From: Alphaproteobacteria bacterium
GTDB lineage: Bacteria > Pseudomonadota > Alphaproteobacteria > CAAHEQ01 > UBA3637
Reading direction: 5' to 3'
Length of the DNA: 62,999 nucleotides
Assembly (NCBI GenBank): GCA_045605805.1
Contig: JAZUQR010000007.1
Coordinates: 1-62,999, forward strand
The notes under the pieces are model-generated. The model did no database searches. It was not told the DNA's origin and was given only the letters and a program-made list of their open reading frames with translations. Within the stretch, counting starts at the first letter, position 1. Each line of letters begins with the position of its first letter. Shown piece by piece: positions 50,816 to 60,889 of the stretch. The position numbers and the translations under genes were made by a program.

Positions 50816-51999
50816 TTGAAAAATCCTATCGCTTTATGTAAAGCCCGCAAAAAGGTGGCTATATCATTTTCATCATTATACATCCCCAAAGAAACACGCA
50901 CACTGCTGTTCACAGCAAAACGATGATGCAACGGCATCGCACAATGATGCCCCACACGCACACACACATTTTCTTTGGCCAAAATTAAATTCAAATCATC
51001 CGCATGAATGCCTTCTATATTGAATGCAACCAAACCTTTTTTTAAGGAGGCATCGCCCAAAAACTTCACACCTTCAATTTTGTTTAATCCATTGATAAGT
51101 AAGTTAAAAACCATTTCTTCTTTTTTCAAAACCTTATCCAGCCCAACTTGATTCAAATAATCAATGGCGGCCCCCAAACCAACCGCATTAGCAATAGGTG
51201 GAGTCCCCGCTTCCAAACGAGCCGGCACATCGGCAAAAGTTGTATTTTCAATAGTCACTTTATCAACCATATCCCCACCAAATTGATATGGCTTCAATGC
51301 CTGTAAAAAAGTTTTTTTACCATATAAAACACCAATACCTGTCGGGCCATAAATCTTGTGACCGGAAAAAACCAAAAACTCGCAACCAATATCACGCACA
51401 TCGGTTGTTTGATGAGCAATACTTTGGGCCGCATCCACCAACACCACAGCCCCCACAGAATGAGCCAAATCACAAATATGCTTCACCGGATTCGCAACAC
51501 CCAACACATTGGAAAATGCACTCACCGCCACAACCTTTGTCCGTTCATTCAACTTAGACTTAAAGTCGTCCAAATCCCACTCACCGGCATCTGTCACATC
51601 AAATGTTTTGAACACAGCACCCGACTTCAAACAAGCCTGTTGCCAAGGCACAAAATTCGCATGATGTTCAGCAATACAAACCAAAACTTCATCCAAAGGC
51701 TGCAAAGTCTCCGCATAACTTGAAGCAACTAAATTGATGGCTTCCGTTGCGCCCTTGGTAAAAACAATTTCATCTGAGCTTGCCCCAATAAAATCAGCCA
51801 CCGTACCCCGAACTTTTTCATAGGCTTGCGTTGCCAATTGTGCCAAATGACACGATCCACGGTGTACATTTGCATATTCTGTTTCATAAAAACGCACAAT
51901 CCTATCCACAACAACAGAAGGCTTTTGTGCCGAAGCGGCCGTATCCAAATAAGTGTAAGAGCCATCTAAAATCTTAAAATCTTTTTTACACATTTGCAT
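50812..51999 (-). CDS. sufS: Cysteine desulfurase SufS
   Basis: YLDTAASAQKP, NVHRG, EHHAN, FSGHK.YGPTG, EAGTP, RVGHHCA. Confidence 0.95.
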   Translation of the reverse strand: MQMCKKDFKILDGSYTYLDTAASAQKPSVVVDRIVRFYETEYANVHRGSCHLAQLATQAYEKVRGTVADFIGASSDEIVFTKGATEAINLVASSYAETLQPLDEVLVCIAEHHANFVPWQQACLKSGAVFKTFDVTDAGEWDLDDFKSKLNERTKVVAVSAFSNVLGVANPVKHICDLAHSVGAVVLVDAAQSIAHQTTDVRDIGCEFLVFSGHKIYGPTGIGVLYGKKTFLQALKPYQFGGDMVDKVTIENTTFADVPARLEAGTPPIANAVGLGAAIDYLNQVGLDKVLKKEEMVFNLLINGLNKIEGVKFLGDASLKKGLVAFNIEGIHADDLNLILAKENVCVRVGHHCAMPLHHRFAVNSSVRVSLGMYNDENDIATFLRALHKAIGFFK

Positions 52000-52600
52000 C
52001 CATCCATTGTTGAATATATTCAGAAAATGCCTCTGGCATAATATCGCCTAAAAATGAAGAAACCAGCATCTTCTTTGCCTCAGTCTCACTTAACCCTCTT
52101 GTCCGTAAATAAAACAACTGCATTTTGTCTAACGGTCCCACAGCCGAACCATGCGCACAAACAACATCATCAGCCCAAATTTCAAGTTGTGGCACAGCAG
52201 ATATAGTGGCTGTATTGGATAAAAGCAATCCTCTGTGTTGTTGACGGCCATCGCACTTTTGGCTGTCTTTCGGAATCTCAATAAGTCCATTAAAACAAAC
52301 CGAACTTTCATCCGTAGCAATCCCTTTGATATGCTGTTCCGAACAAGTATTTTTTGCTTGATGCAACACTTTAATATCTATATTTAACTTATTGTTTTTA
52401 TTGGCTAAATAAGCACAATTTACCTCACATTTAGCATCTTCCGCCATCAATCTTATTTCAACAGACAAATCCGCATCCGTCTGTAAAAAATCCACTTTTA
52501 ATACACCAGATTTGCCCACATCAAAAAACCATTGTGAACCATTTTGTTGAACGGCCACATTTTCTTGAACATGTATCAAAAAGGGATTAGAAGATGTCAT
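51986..52600 (-). CDS. sufD: Fe-S cluster assembly protein SufD (short form)
   Basis: FNG.I, P.LEI.ADDV.C.HG..VG.LD..LFYL.TRG; start MTSSNP at 52600. Confidence 0.88.
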   Translation of the reverse strand: MTSSNPFLIHVQENVAVQQNGSQWFFDVGKSGVLKVDFLQTDADLSVEIRLMAEDAKCEVNCAYLANKNNKLNIDIKVLHQAKNTCSEQHIKGIATDESSVCFNGLIEIPKDSQKCDGRQQHRGLLLSNTATISAVPQLEIWADDVVCAHGSAVGPLDKMQLFYLRTRGLSETEAKKMLVSSFLGDIMPEAFSEYIQQWMDANV

Positions 52601-53330
52601 AACCTTTTTCCTCCACCTTTTGAACCAAAGAGCTGTCAGCAGTTGTAATAATTTGTCCGTCACGCATAATAGAAACCTTATCAGGCATCACATATTGCAA
52701 CAAATCGTCATGATGAGTAATAATCATAAAGCTGCGATGAGCTTCACGCATCACAGAAACGCCCTGACCAACCACTTTCAACGCATCAACATCCAAACCC
52801 GAATCCATTTCGTCTAAAATACAAAAATCAGGTTCAAGCATCGCCATTTGAAAAGTTTCTAAGCGTTTTTTTTCACCACCCGAAAAACCAACATTGACCG
52901 ACCGCTTTAACATTTCAGAGGTCACCCCCAAAGCATTGGCACGCACATTCATATGTTTCATAAATTGCACCGCATCCAATGGCTCTTGTTGATGATACTT
53001 ACGCTTAGCATTGACAGCTGTTTTCAAAAATTGAGCCAAACCAACCCCTGGCAATTCAATCGGATGTTGAAAAGCCAAAAACACACCAGAGTTAGCTCGT
53101 TCATCAGCAGTCATTTTTAATAAATCCTGCCCCTTAAATAAAATCTCACCTTGTGTCACTTCATAGGCCGGATGCCCAACAATAACCGAGGACAAAGTGC
53201 TTTTGCCGCATCCGTTTGGTCCCATAACAGCATGAACCGTACCGGCTTCAATTTCTAAATTGACTCCTTTCAGGATTTCCTTATCCGCCACCTTAGCATG
53301 CAAGTTCTTAATTTGTAATAAAGCTACCAT
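52587..53330 (-). CDS. sufC: Fe-S cluster assembly ATPase SufC
   Basis: MGPNG.GKSTL, FLAFQ.P, GFSGGEKKR, LDE.DSGLD.D. Confidence 0.96.
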   Translation of the reverse strand: MVALLQIKNLHAKVADKEILKGVNLEIEAGTVHAVMGPNGCGKSTLSSVIVGHPAYEVTQGEILFKGQDLLKMTADERANSGVFLAFQHPIELPGVGLAQFLKTAVNAKRKYHQQEPLDAVQFMKHMNVRANALGVTSEMLKRSVNVGFSGGEKKRLETFQMAMLEPDFCILDEMDSGLDVDALKVVGQGVSVMREAHRSFMIITHHDDLLQYVMPDKVSIMRDGQIITTADSSLVQKVEEKGYDIF

Positions 53331-53599
53331 TCTAACCTCTTTTCAATCTTTTCCAATTTTTCAGGACGATGATTTTGCACCTGATTTTCCACATCATAAA
53401 TCATTTTTAATTGTGTTAACATAATTTCCACATCTGTGATTTCATCAACTAATTCAGCAACATTTTCCTTGCCGCGATTAATATTTTTCAAAATCTCTTT
53501 TTGAAGTTCCGCCATTTCTTCCAATACCATCAAAACTTGAGCTTGCTTTCCCCAAGTTTGAATAGCTTTGGTTAAAATTTCTTTTTCTGTATGTTTCAT
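53324..53599 (-). CDS. MazG-like nucleotide pyrophosphohydrolase
   Basis: Q....EEMAEL.KE...ELVDEITDV all-alpha NTP-PPase pattern. Confidence 0.75.
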   Translation of the reverse strand: MKHTEKEILTKAIQTWGKQAQVLMVLEEMAELQKEILKNINRGKENVAELVDEITDVEIMLTQLKMIYDVENQVQNHRPEKLEKIEKRLEW

Positions 53600-55035
53600 C
53601 CCACACTTCCTTCCAATTGCACACCAATCAATTTTTGTGCCTCAATAGCAAACTCCAAAGGAAGTTTTTGCATAATTTCACGACAGAAACCATTTACAAT
53701 CAACCCCACAGCTTCCTCCGCAGACAACCCTCGTTGCATAGCATAAAACAACTGATCTTCGCTTATCTTACTTGTAGTTGCTTCATGTTCAATCACAGCA
53801 GTATCGTTGCCACATTGCATCACAGGAATCGTATGCGCCCCGCACCTGTCACCAATTAAAAGGCTGTCACACTTGCTGACATTTTTGGCATTCTCGGCCG
53901 AAGAAGCCATTTTAACCAAACCACGATAAGTATTGGAACTATACCCCGCAGAAATCCCTTTTGATAAAATCGTTGAAGAAGTATTTTTACCAATATGAAT
54001 CATCTTTGTACCGGTATCCGCCTGCTGATAGTTATTTGTTAAAGCAACCGAATAGAACTCACCCACAGCATTATCACCCTTCAACACGCAACTGGGATAT
54101 TTCCAAGTGACAGCAGAGCCTGTTTCCACCTGAGTCCAAGAAAGTTTGGCATCATTCAAAACCAATCCTCGCTTTGTCACCAAATTATAAATACCCCCCT
54201 TACCTTCTTTATCCCCAGGATACCAATTCTGCACAGTGGAGTATTTCACATTTGCCTTATCTTTCACAACAATTTCCACAATTGCCGCATGCAGCTGATG
54301 TTCATCTCGCTGAGGAGCTGTACACCCTTCCAAATAACTGACAGAAGAAGCCTCATCCGCAATAATCAATGTGCGTTCAAATTGCCCCGCCATACGAGCA
54401 TTGATACGAAAATAGCTTGACAATTCCATCGGACAAGCAACACCTTTTGGAATATAAACGAAAGAACCATCCGAAAACACAGCACTGTTCAAACAAGCAA
54501 AAAAGTTATCCGTATATGGCACAACAGACCCCAAATACTCTTGTACCAGTTCGGGATAATCTCGTACAGCTTCCGACATAGAGCAAAACAAAATCCCCCG
54601 TTTTTTTAATTCCGCAGAATAGGTTGTCCCAATGGAAGTGCTATCAAAAATCGCATCAACCGCCACACCAGCCAACATTTTTTGCTCTTTCAAAGGAATA
54701 CCAAGTTTTTCATAAGTCTTCAAAATCTCAGGATCAACCTCATCCAACGAGTTCACAGTTTTCTTTTTGGGTGAACTGTAATAATACAAATCTTGATAAT
54801 CAATAGGACCATAACTTCCCTTAAACCAATGCGGTTCGGCCATTTTTAACCAATGACGATAGGCCTTCAAACGAAAATCCAACAACCACTGGGGTTCATT
54901 TTTCTTGGCCGAGATAAAATGAATCACTTCCTCAGACAAACCTTTTGGCGCATATTCTGTTTCAACATGCGTTTCAAAACCCTCTTTATAAGGGGTATTC
55001 ACCATATCCAACAAATCTGATTTTTTCGCATTCAT
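53596..55035 (-). CDS. sufB: Fe-S cluster assembly protein SufB
   Basis: [45 protein letters not shown]; start MNAKK at 55035. Confidence 0.97.
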   Translation of the reverse strand: MNAKKSDLLDMVNTPYKEGFETHVETEYAPKGLSEEVIHFISAKKNEPQWLLDFRLKAYRHWLKMAEPHWFKGSYGPIDYQDLYYYSSPKKKTVNSLDEVDPEILKTYEKLGIPLKEQKMLAGVAVDAIFDSTSIGTTYSAELKKRGILFCSMSEAVRDYPELVQEYLGSVVPYTDNFFACLNSAVFSDGSFVYIPKGVACPMELSSYFRINARMAGQFERTLIIADEASSVSYLEGCTAPQRDEHQLHAAIVEIVVKDKANVKYSTVQNWYPGDKEGKGGIYNLVTKRGLVLNDAKLSWTQVETGSAVTWKYPSCVLKGDNAVGEFYSVALTNNYQQADTGTKMIHIGKNTSSTILSKGISAGYSSNTYRGLVKMASSAENAKNVSKCDSLLIGDRCGAHTIPVMQCGNDTAVIEHEATTSKISEDQLFYAMQRGLSAEEAVGLIVNGFCREIMQKLPLEFAIEAQKLIGVQLEGSVG

Positions 55036-55135
55036 AGGTATAGTGTGCCTTATTTTCACAAAAAAGTCAAGAAAAAGCATTTTTCTCTTGCAAGAAAATT
55101 AAAAAAAGATTAGCCTAAAATAAAAAGGAGGTACC

Positions 55136-56128
55136 ATGTCTTATATTCCATTCATTATTTTAAGTGTTTTGATATTTGTCTCAATGCTTATCAATTTTTA
55201 CTTAGCCATTCAATTAAGGCACCTCAGAATACGTGCAAACAAGCTATTGGAAGAAAAGGCAAAAGCATTGGAAGAAGCCGACCATTATGCCGAACTGGCA
55301 AACAATCCATTAGGGCCAATTATGAATAAAAACGCCCAACCTTTAATTTTATCTTTTGATGAAAAAGGAACAATCACTGACATCAATCAAACCCTTTTGG
55401 AAAAGCTTAAATTCAAAAAAAGTGAACTTATCGGAAAGAACATTATCGGAACCATCTTACCCCATCCCAAAAAGCTCACAGAAAATATCGTTTATAGATT
55501 ATTCAAAAACCCCAATCTATTTATAGATACAGAAACACAAACACTCACAAAATCCGGAGAAACGATTTGGATTTCATGGACAAACAAAATGGAATATACC
55601 GCCAAAGGCAAAGCCATTGCGGCCACAGCCGTCGGTTTTGATATCACAAAACGAAAAGAAATGGAAGCAAAATTAAAATATCTGTCCAGCATAGATCCAC
55701 AAACAGGCGTGATGAACCGAAAAGCCTTGCTCACCACAAGCGAAATTGAGTTAAAACGAGCAAAACGCTATCACCGCACACTGTCTGTTGCGGTATTAAA
55801 GTTTGAAGCCGAAAATACACTCAGCGATGAACAATTACAAAATATCGTTGCCCTTACCCGAGAATGTATCCGTTCTGTTGACTATTTGGGACGTATTAAC
55901 GACACAGAATTTGCATTAGTACTGCCTGAAACAAGTGAAAAAAACATTCAATACCTTATCAATCGCCTAAGCCAACAAATTGAAGAAAGCAACAAAAAAA
56001 CAAAAGAAAAAATATCCATCAAATACGCAACCGCTTCGTATAAAAAAACAAGCGACAACATTGATAACCTGTTGACTCAGGCTTGGAAAAAAGTCAATGC
56101 AACCACACAAAAAAAGAGTAAAAAATGA
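55136..56128 (+). CDS. TM + PAS + degenerate GGDEF domain protein
   Basis: PAS (ELIGKN...DIT.RK), D..TG..NR, R..D..GRINDTEF..LP. Confidence 0.85.
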   Translation: MSYIPFIILSVLIFVSMLINFYLAIQLRHLRIRANKLLEEKAKALEEADHYAELANNPLGPIMNKNAQPLILSFDEKGTITDINQTLLEKLKFKKSELIGKNIIGTILPHPKKLTENIVYRLFKNPNLFIDTETQTLTKSGETIWISWTNKMEYTAKGKAIAATAVGFDITKRKEMEAKLKYLSSIDPQTGVMNRKALLTTSEIELKRAKRYHRTLSVAVLKFEAENTLSDEQLQNIVALTRECIRSVDYLGRINDTEFALVLPETSEKNIQYLINRLSQQIEESNKKTKEKISIKYATASYKKTSDNIDNLLTQAWKKVNATTQKKSKK

Positions 56129-56982
56129 TATCCATAAAAAACAAAGAGATAGAAATTGAAATCAACCCAAACCTTGGGGCAGGACTGCACAAGTTCACAT
56201 TTCAAGGCAAACATCTTTTAAGACCAACAAAACAGGTGCCCTCTTTGCCGCAAGAACAATCCCTGTTCTTAATGATACCGTATTGTAGTTATATCAAAAA
56301 TGGGCAATTCAACTATTTTGGCATAACCCGCAAAATAAACACTCACGCAAAAAACCCAATACACGGCGATGTTTGCCAACAAGAATGGCAAATAATAAAC
56401 CACAGCGAAAACGAAGCCACACTGACATATACTCACAATAAAAATAGCGGCTTTCCCTTTAACTATCAGGCATCGGTTCGCTATCAAATAAATGACGATC
56501 AATTGAATATTACGCTGGGTATAAAAAATTTGTCCGAGCTGCCAATGCCGGCTGGCATGGGAATCCATCCCTATTTTCAATTTCAAAAAAATGCCCTTGT
56601 GAAATTTGAATCTTCCCACATTTGGCATCATAAAAATGACCCGATTTTTGACCGTCCATACCCCACACCAAAAGAGTGGAACTTTTCAAAAGGAGCCTCC
56701 ATTACTCAAGATTTTGACACAGCCTTTGGCGGATGGAATGGGCAAGCCGAAATCACCTATCCTGACGAAAAAATCAAGATTCAATTGGAAGCACAAGACA
56801 TATTCCACCACTTGATTTTGTATCATCCAGCCAATACAGATTTCTTTTGCCTTGAACCAGTAAGCAACACACCAGATGCCTTTAATTTGGCAGCCTATGG
56901 CGTAATTGGAACAGGCATCCAAAGCATCGGAGCCGGCCAAACACTTGAAAAAAGCATTACATTTACCTGTACACAAGAATAA
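56125..56982 (+). CDS. Aldose 1-epimerase family protein
   Basis: IHG, FPF, G.HPYF, D..F, FFCLEP.S; overlaps the upstream stop. Confidence 0.88.
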   Translation: MISIKNKEIEIEINPNLGAGLHKFTFQGKHLLRPTKQVPSLPQEQSLFLMIPYCSYIKNGQFNYFGITRKINTHAKNPIHGDVCQQEWQIINHSENEATLTYTHNKNSGFPFNYQASVRYQINDDQLNITLGIKNLSELPMPAGMGIHPYFQFQKNALVKFESSHIWHHKNDPIFDRPYPTPKEWNFSKGASITQDFDTAFGGWNGQAEITYPDEKIKIQLEAQDIFHHLILYHPANTDFFCLEPVSNTPDAFNLAAYGVIGTGIQSIGAGQTLEKSITFTCTQE

Positions 56983-57025
56983 AATGCTTGCAATATCAAA
57001 AACAATTCTGTATAATACAGTCCAT

Positions 57026-57100
57026 GACCCTATCATCTAATGGTTAGGATACGGCCCTCTCAAGGCCGGCATACGGGTTCAAATCCCGTTAGGGTCACCA
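57026..57100 (+). tRNA. tRNA-Glu(CTC)
   Basis: GACCCTA...CGGCC-CTCTCAA-GGCCG...GGTTCAAATCC...TAGGGTCACCA. Confidence 0.96.
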
Positions 57101-57161
57101 CTTTCAATTTAATCCCTTGTTTATCAAGGGTTTTTTAATACCTAAAATAGGGTTTTACAGG

Positions 57162-57196
57162 TGGGACACAGGACTGGGACACAATACTGGGACACA
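57162..57196 (+). repeat. Three direct repeats TGGGACACA (13-bp period), probable integrase arm-type sites
   Basis: Copies at 57162, 57175 and 57188, about 60 bp from the tRNA end. Confidence 0.7.
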
Positions 57197-57524
57197 AAGC
57201 CATCCAAACAGTACGAATTCTTCTGCCATTTTTAAACACATTTAGAGAATATTTATATGCATCTGATTTGAGTGTTTCATCTGTTATTTTGCCCTACTGA
57301 TTTTATAGGTCTTTCTGCCTATTTGCCCCTTTACTTTTTTAGCCCTTTGGAACAGAATCTGCTCATTAATGACCTTTGGTCTGATGACAAAAGTAGATAT
57401 TTTGACAAAGTGGCTTTTATGACCTCCATCCCCAATGTTCATCGGTAACAAAAATGGTCTTGTAAGACATTCTGCATATCTTGACAAGACCAATGTTATG
57501 AAGACCACTTTTATCAAAAGTGCA

Positions 57525-59279
57525 CTATTTCATTACATAACTGTCCATAAATGCTTTTTTCAGGTTGTTTAGTTCACGGTTGATGGGATATTCAATTTTG
57601 CTAATTTCCTCCAACATTACCCTTACATCTTTCTTATGAGCATATAACCTTTGTCCAATTCCCTGTTCTGCCCATCCGCATATAGCATTTTGATATTGCG
57701 GAGGAATCTTTTTTTCCGTAGCCATTGTTTCAAAAGTGTGCCGAAATGAGTGAAATACTTTTGATGGCTCGCTCATGCCAATCTTATCCAAATATCTTGC
57801 AAACCAATGTTGAACTTGACAATTATACAATCCTCTCTTGATTTTCGCAAAATCAAATAATTTTACCTTATGTTCTCTTCTTTGGTATTCAACATAACGC
57901 AAAAATCCCATATCAATCAACTTTGGATGGATTGGTATTACCCGTTCAGAACCTTTATTTTTTACTGATTTATCGGGAGCATTTGCATTAATACTGATAC
58001 AAGGTATTCCTTTTTCCTGTACAATATCATTGACATCTAATTGACAGATTTCATTCAGGCGGCATCCATGATAAAGAGCTATAATTGGCACCCAAAATTT
58101 ACCTTGGTTATTCCTACAATGTGGGTCAATGTATGTATTGGGATTAAATATTTTATGTAAATCATCGGCTGTAAATGGCTCTCGCAAAATGTGTTTAATT
58201 CTTACAGGACTATCAATGGATGTATTCATACTGTTTGATATAATTTCTTCCTTTTCAGCATATCTCATAAACTCCTTAAACACCGCCAAATATCCTTGAA
58301 TTGTATTCTTTGATAAAACTTTATTTGGGTTATCTGTAAGCAAACTAAAAATATCATCGTTTTCTATTTTTTCATTCCAGCGTTTAGGAACTCGGTGAAT
58401 CAGTTCAGAAAATTGACGACAATCCTGTTTCGTAATATCTTCAAGATATTCCCGTTTCATGAGTAAAAATGCCAACCATATACATTTTTTTAGCTTAGAA
58501 AGTCGTTTATCTGAACTTCCTTTAATGTTTTTTTTCATGAACAAATACCGTTTGAAAAACTTTTCCCAATGGGTAGCAGCCATAGAATGATGAATCCGTT
58601 CATCGGTTTTCATACTATCATAAGTTCGGAGTAAGGTTATAACCTTTGGGTTGGTCGGAGTGTACAGTTTTTCCTCCCTCCCAGCTTGTACAGCTTTCTT
58701 GGCATAGTGGTCCAGTTGGGCAATATGTGTTGAAAACTCCTTTAGCCAGTCATATTTTGCCCCCTTTTCCACAAGTCCTAACTCAATTTCCTTGTTTCTC
58801 AGTTGGTTATAAACGCTTCTTAAAGTGATATTTGCTTTATTTTTATCCACTAATCCCTTCAGATAATTCAGAATCATATCCTGCATCAATTTCCGAATAT
58901 CGGCTTCTTTTTTCCCATTAGGGAATAAAATAATGTCCGCCTCGGTCTTATGGCGAGATTTAATCTCGTCTGTATTGTTTTCCAAGAATTCTTGAATTTG
59001 TTCCAATCTGTGGAGCAATAACTTGTCCACATCAGCTTTATTTAGAATTAATTGTTTTTGTTCATTTACTTTCATAATAATATCCTTAAATATTGTTAAA
59101 AATGCTTGTAAATGAGCAAATTCTACACGCCATTTTTCTATTGCTTCCTGATACACAGAAGTGTTCAGCGAGAACTTAATCTCCGAACATCTGGCAAGGA
59201 CTTTTAGGTAGGATGGAATCCTAATCCTAAAGTAAAAGAGTCGTTGTCTTGCGAAGAGTCCTGGGTAATGGTACGACAT
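57525..59279 (-). CDS. Tyrosine recombinase/integrase with N-terminal DUF6538-like domain
   Basis: N-terminal FYFRIRIP; catalytic HGCRLNE (R), VKN (K), FHSFRH (HxxR), CGW (W), RLY (Y). Confidence 0.92.
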   Translation of the reverse strand: MSYHYPGLFARQRLFYFRIRIPSYLKVLARCSEIKFSLNTSVYQEAIEKWRVEFAHLQAFLTIFKDIIMKVNEQKQLILNKADVDKLLLHRLEQIQEFLENNTDEIKSRHKTEADIILFPNGKKEADIRKLMQDMILNYLKGLVDKNKANITLRSVYNQLRNKEIELGLVEKGAKYDWLKEFSTHIAQLDHYAKKAVQAGREEKLYTPTNPKVITLLRTYDSMKTDERIHHSMAATHWEKFFKRYLFMKKNIKGSSDKRLSKLKKCIWLAFLLMKREYLEDITKQDCRQFSELIHRVPKRWNEKIENDDIFSLLTDNPNKVLSKNTIQGYLAVFKEFMRYAEKEEIISNSMNTSIDSPVRIKHILREPFTADDLHKIFNPNTYIDPHCRNNQGKFWVPIIALYHGCRLNEICQLDVNDIVQEKGIPCISINANAPDKSVKNKGSERVIPIHPKLIDMGFLRYVEYQRREHKVKLFDFAKIKRGLYNCQVQHWFARYLDKIGMSEPSKVFHSFRHTFETMATEKKIPPQYQNAICGWAEQGIGQRLYAHKKDVRVMLEEISKIEYPINRELNNLKKAFMDSYVMK

Positions 59280-59360
59280 ATTGGTTTTCCTTTATGTCGC
59301 CGATCGTATTGATTTAATTTCTTAAGTCAAGATCGTTTTTGTAGAATTTGCTCTTTTTTA

Positions 59361-59522
59361 CTATGCCGGCATATAGCCCTTTTCAAGAACGGTCTGCACA
59401 ACATGTTCCAAGAATCTTTGGTCTTCTTCAGAACTGTTCAGATATTCCAGATAAACCGCTTCCGGTTGTCGGAGTTGCCGCAAGGCATCTCGCATTTTTA
59501 TTTGACTTTTGTTTTCTGTCAT
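59361..59522 (-). CDS. Small hypothetical protein (53 aa), not in the ORF track
   Basis: AAAGGA SD then MTENKSQIKMRDALRQLRQPEAVYLEYLNSSEEDQRFLEHVVQTVLEKGYMPA*. Confidence 0.55.
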   Translation of the reverse strand: MTENKSQIKMRDALRQLRQPEAVYLEYLNSSEEDQRFLEHVVQTVLEKGYMPA

Positions 59523-59585
59523 AGTATAATTCCTTTGTTAAGTGAGAGCAGAAGAAGTTCCAGTTCTTCCACTCTCGGTTGATAT

Positions 59586-60092
59586 TTAAACATTCTGAGG
59601 CAGATGCTCTTTAGCTTCTGCTTCTTTTTTTGCTTGAGCTTCTCTTTCGGCTTTACGCTTGGCTTTGCGTTTTTCTTTCTGCTTGTCTTTACGAGCATTT
59701 GCCAAATTGACCTCGGATTCACAAAAATCCTCAATCTGCTTATTCAAGCAGCCACGGGAAACACCTTCATAGAATTTCGTTAAAAATTCAATTTTGGTGG
59801 GCAAGTCCATCAACTCAGTATGGCAGCGATAGATTTTTTTACCCCCAAGCCGAACCGTAAAAACTGTTTTGTTTTTCTTGGTATCAAGGTCAACCAATAA
59901 CTTTTGCATACGGTTTTTCTTGTTCCAGACATTTGCCTTAAAGAGTTTGATATTCTCTTGGATGAGGTTCAGGATTCTTTCCTTACACACATCAAAGGAC
60001 ATCAGCCCTTCATCTTTGGCTGTCTTCATCGGTACAATACCAAAAGAGCTCATGAAGCTCTCAATTCCTACTACATTTTCATTTTCTGACAT
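59586..60092 (-). CDS. Hypothetical protein with basic C-terminal helix
   Basis: GAAAGGA SD; 168 aa; K/R/E-rich tail. Confidence 0.7.
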   Translation of the reverse strand: MSENENVVGIESFMSSFGIVPMKTAKDEGLMSFDVCKERILNLIQENIKLFKANVWNKKNRMQKLLVDLDTKKNKTVFTVRLGGKKIYRCHTELMDLPTKIEFLTKFYEGVSRGCLNKQIEDFCESEVNLANARKDKQKEKRKAKRKAEREAQAKKEAEAKEHLPQNV

Positions 60093-60223
60093 TTTAATTT
60101 TCCTTTCTTTTAATCAGATTTTTTACACCTTTACGGGACCACCCCGCATCGGTGAGCAAGATAATATGCATTTAGAAAAATAAAACAAGCCCATCAAAAT
60201 TAAAATTTTTGGAAAATGCCCAT

Positions 60224-60263
60224 TTTCGATATATTTGGATATATTACGATATATTTCGATATA
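60224..60263 (+). repeat. Four tandem 10-bp repeats TT(T/A)(C/G)GATATA
   Basis: TTTCGATATA, TTTGGATATA, TTACGATATA, TTTCGATATA in the divergent intergenic region. Confidence 0.8.
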
Positions 60264-60424
60264 CTTTTTATTTTTAGTTCGGATGAAATTTGAGTGATTT
60301 TTACCCCATTTTGAATCCAAAATTGGAAAAATTTAACCGAATCGGTGAACGATTCGTTTCTGTTCGATTCCAAAAATGAATCATTTTAACGATAAATATT
60401 TCTATCAAGAATAAGGAGTTTGAA

Positions 60425-60889
60425 ATGGATTTAGAACTTATATTGGATAGCGATACCATATCTGAAACTTTTAGTGATTTGGGTAAGATAAAGGAGTTTC
60501 TCTCAACACTAGAGTATATAGACCAACCCATCAATACGACATTAAGTTCACTTTTGCAGGTTTGTTGCCAGTATGCCAAGGATGATACTGTGGTAAAATA
60601 TCTTTTGGAAAATGGAGCCAATCCCAACTATTTGGACATCAACGGAAAGGATGCTCGGTTTTATATAGACCATAATAAAAATACAATGGCTGGGTTAATC
60701 TGCCTCAATGAACTTTGTGAGTATACGGATTTATTCCCCAAGGAAGACCCTGAACAAAGAAAACAAATTGGCTTTGATTTAATTCGGGGGGAAATTGCCA
60801 AACACAGGGAAAAAGAACAAAAAAGGAATGAAGCGATGGAAGAATTAAAATATCTTTGTACAGAATGGGAGGCGGAAGATGGACAATAA
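60425..60889 (+). CDS. Ankyrin-repeat protein
   Basis: LL..C......VVKYLLENGANPNYLDING; AAGGAG SD. Confidence 0.8.
   Translation: MDLELILDSDTISETFSDLGKIKEFLSTLEYIDQPINTTLSSLLQVCCQYAKDDTVVKYLLENGANPNYLDINGKDARFYIDHNKNTMAGLICLNELCEYTDLFPKEDPEQRKQIGFDLIRGEIAKHREKEQKRNEAMEELKYLCTEWEAEDGQ

Noticed and set aside
57284-57517. 77-aa ORF downstream of the integrase
   Set aside because: TTG start, no clear SD and no recognisable motif; cannot be supported.
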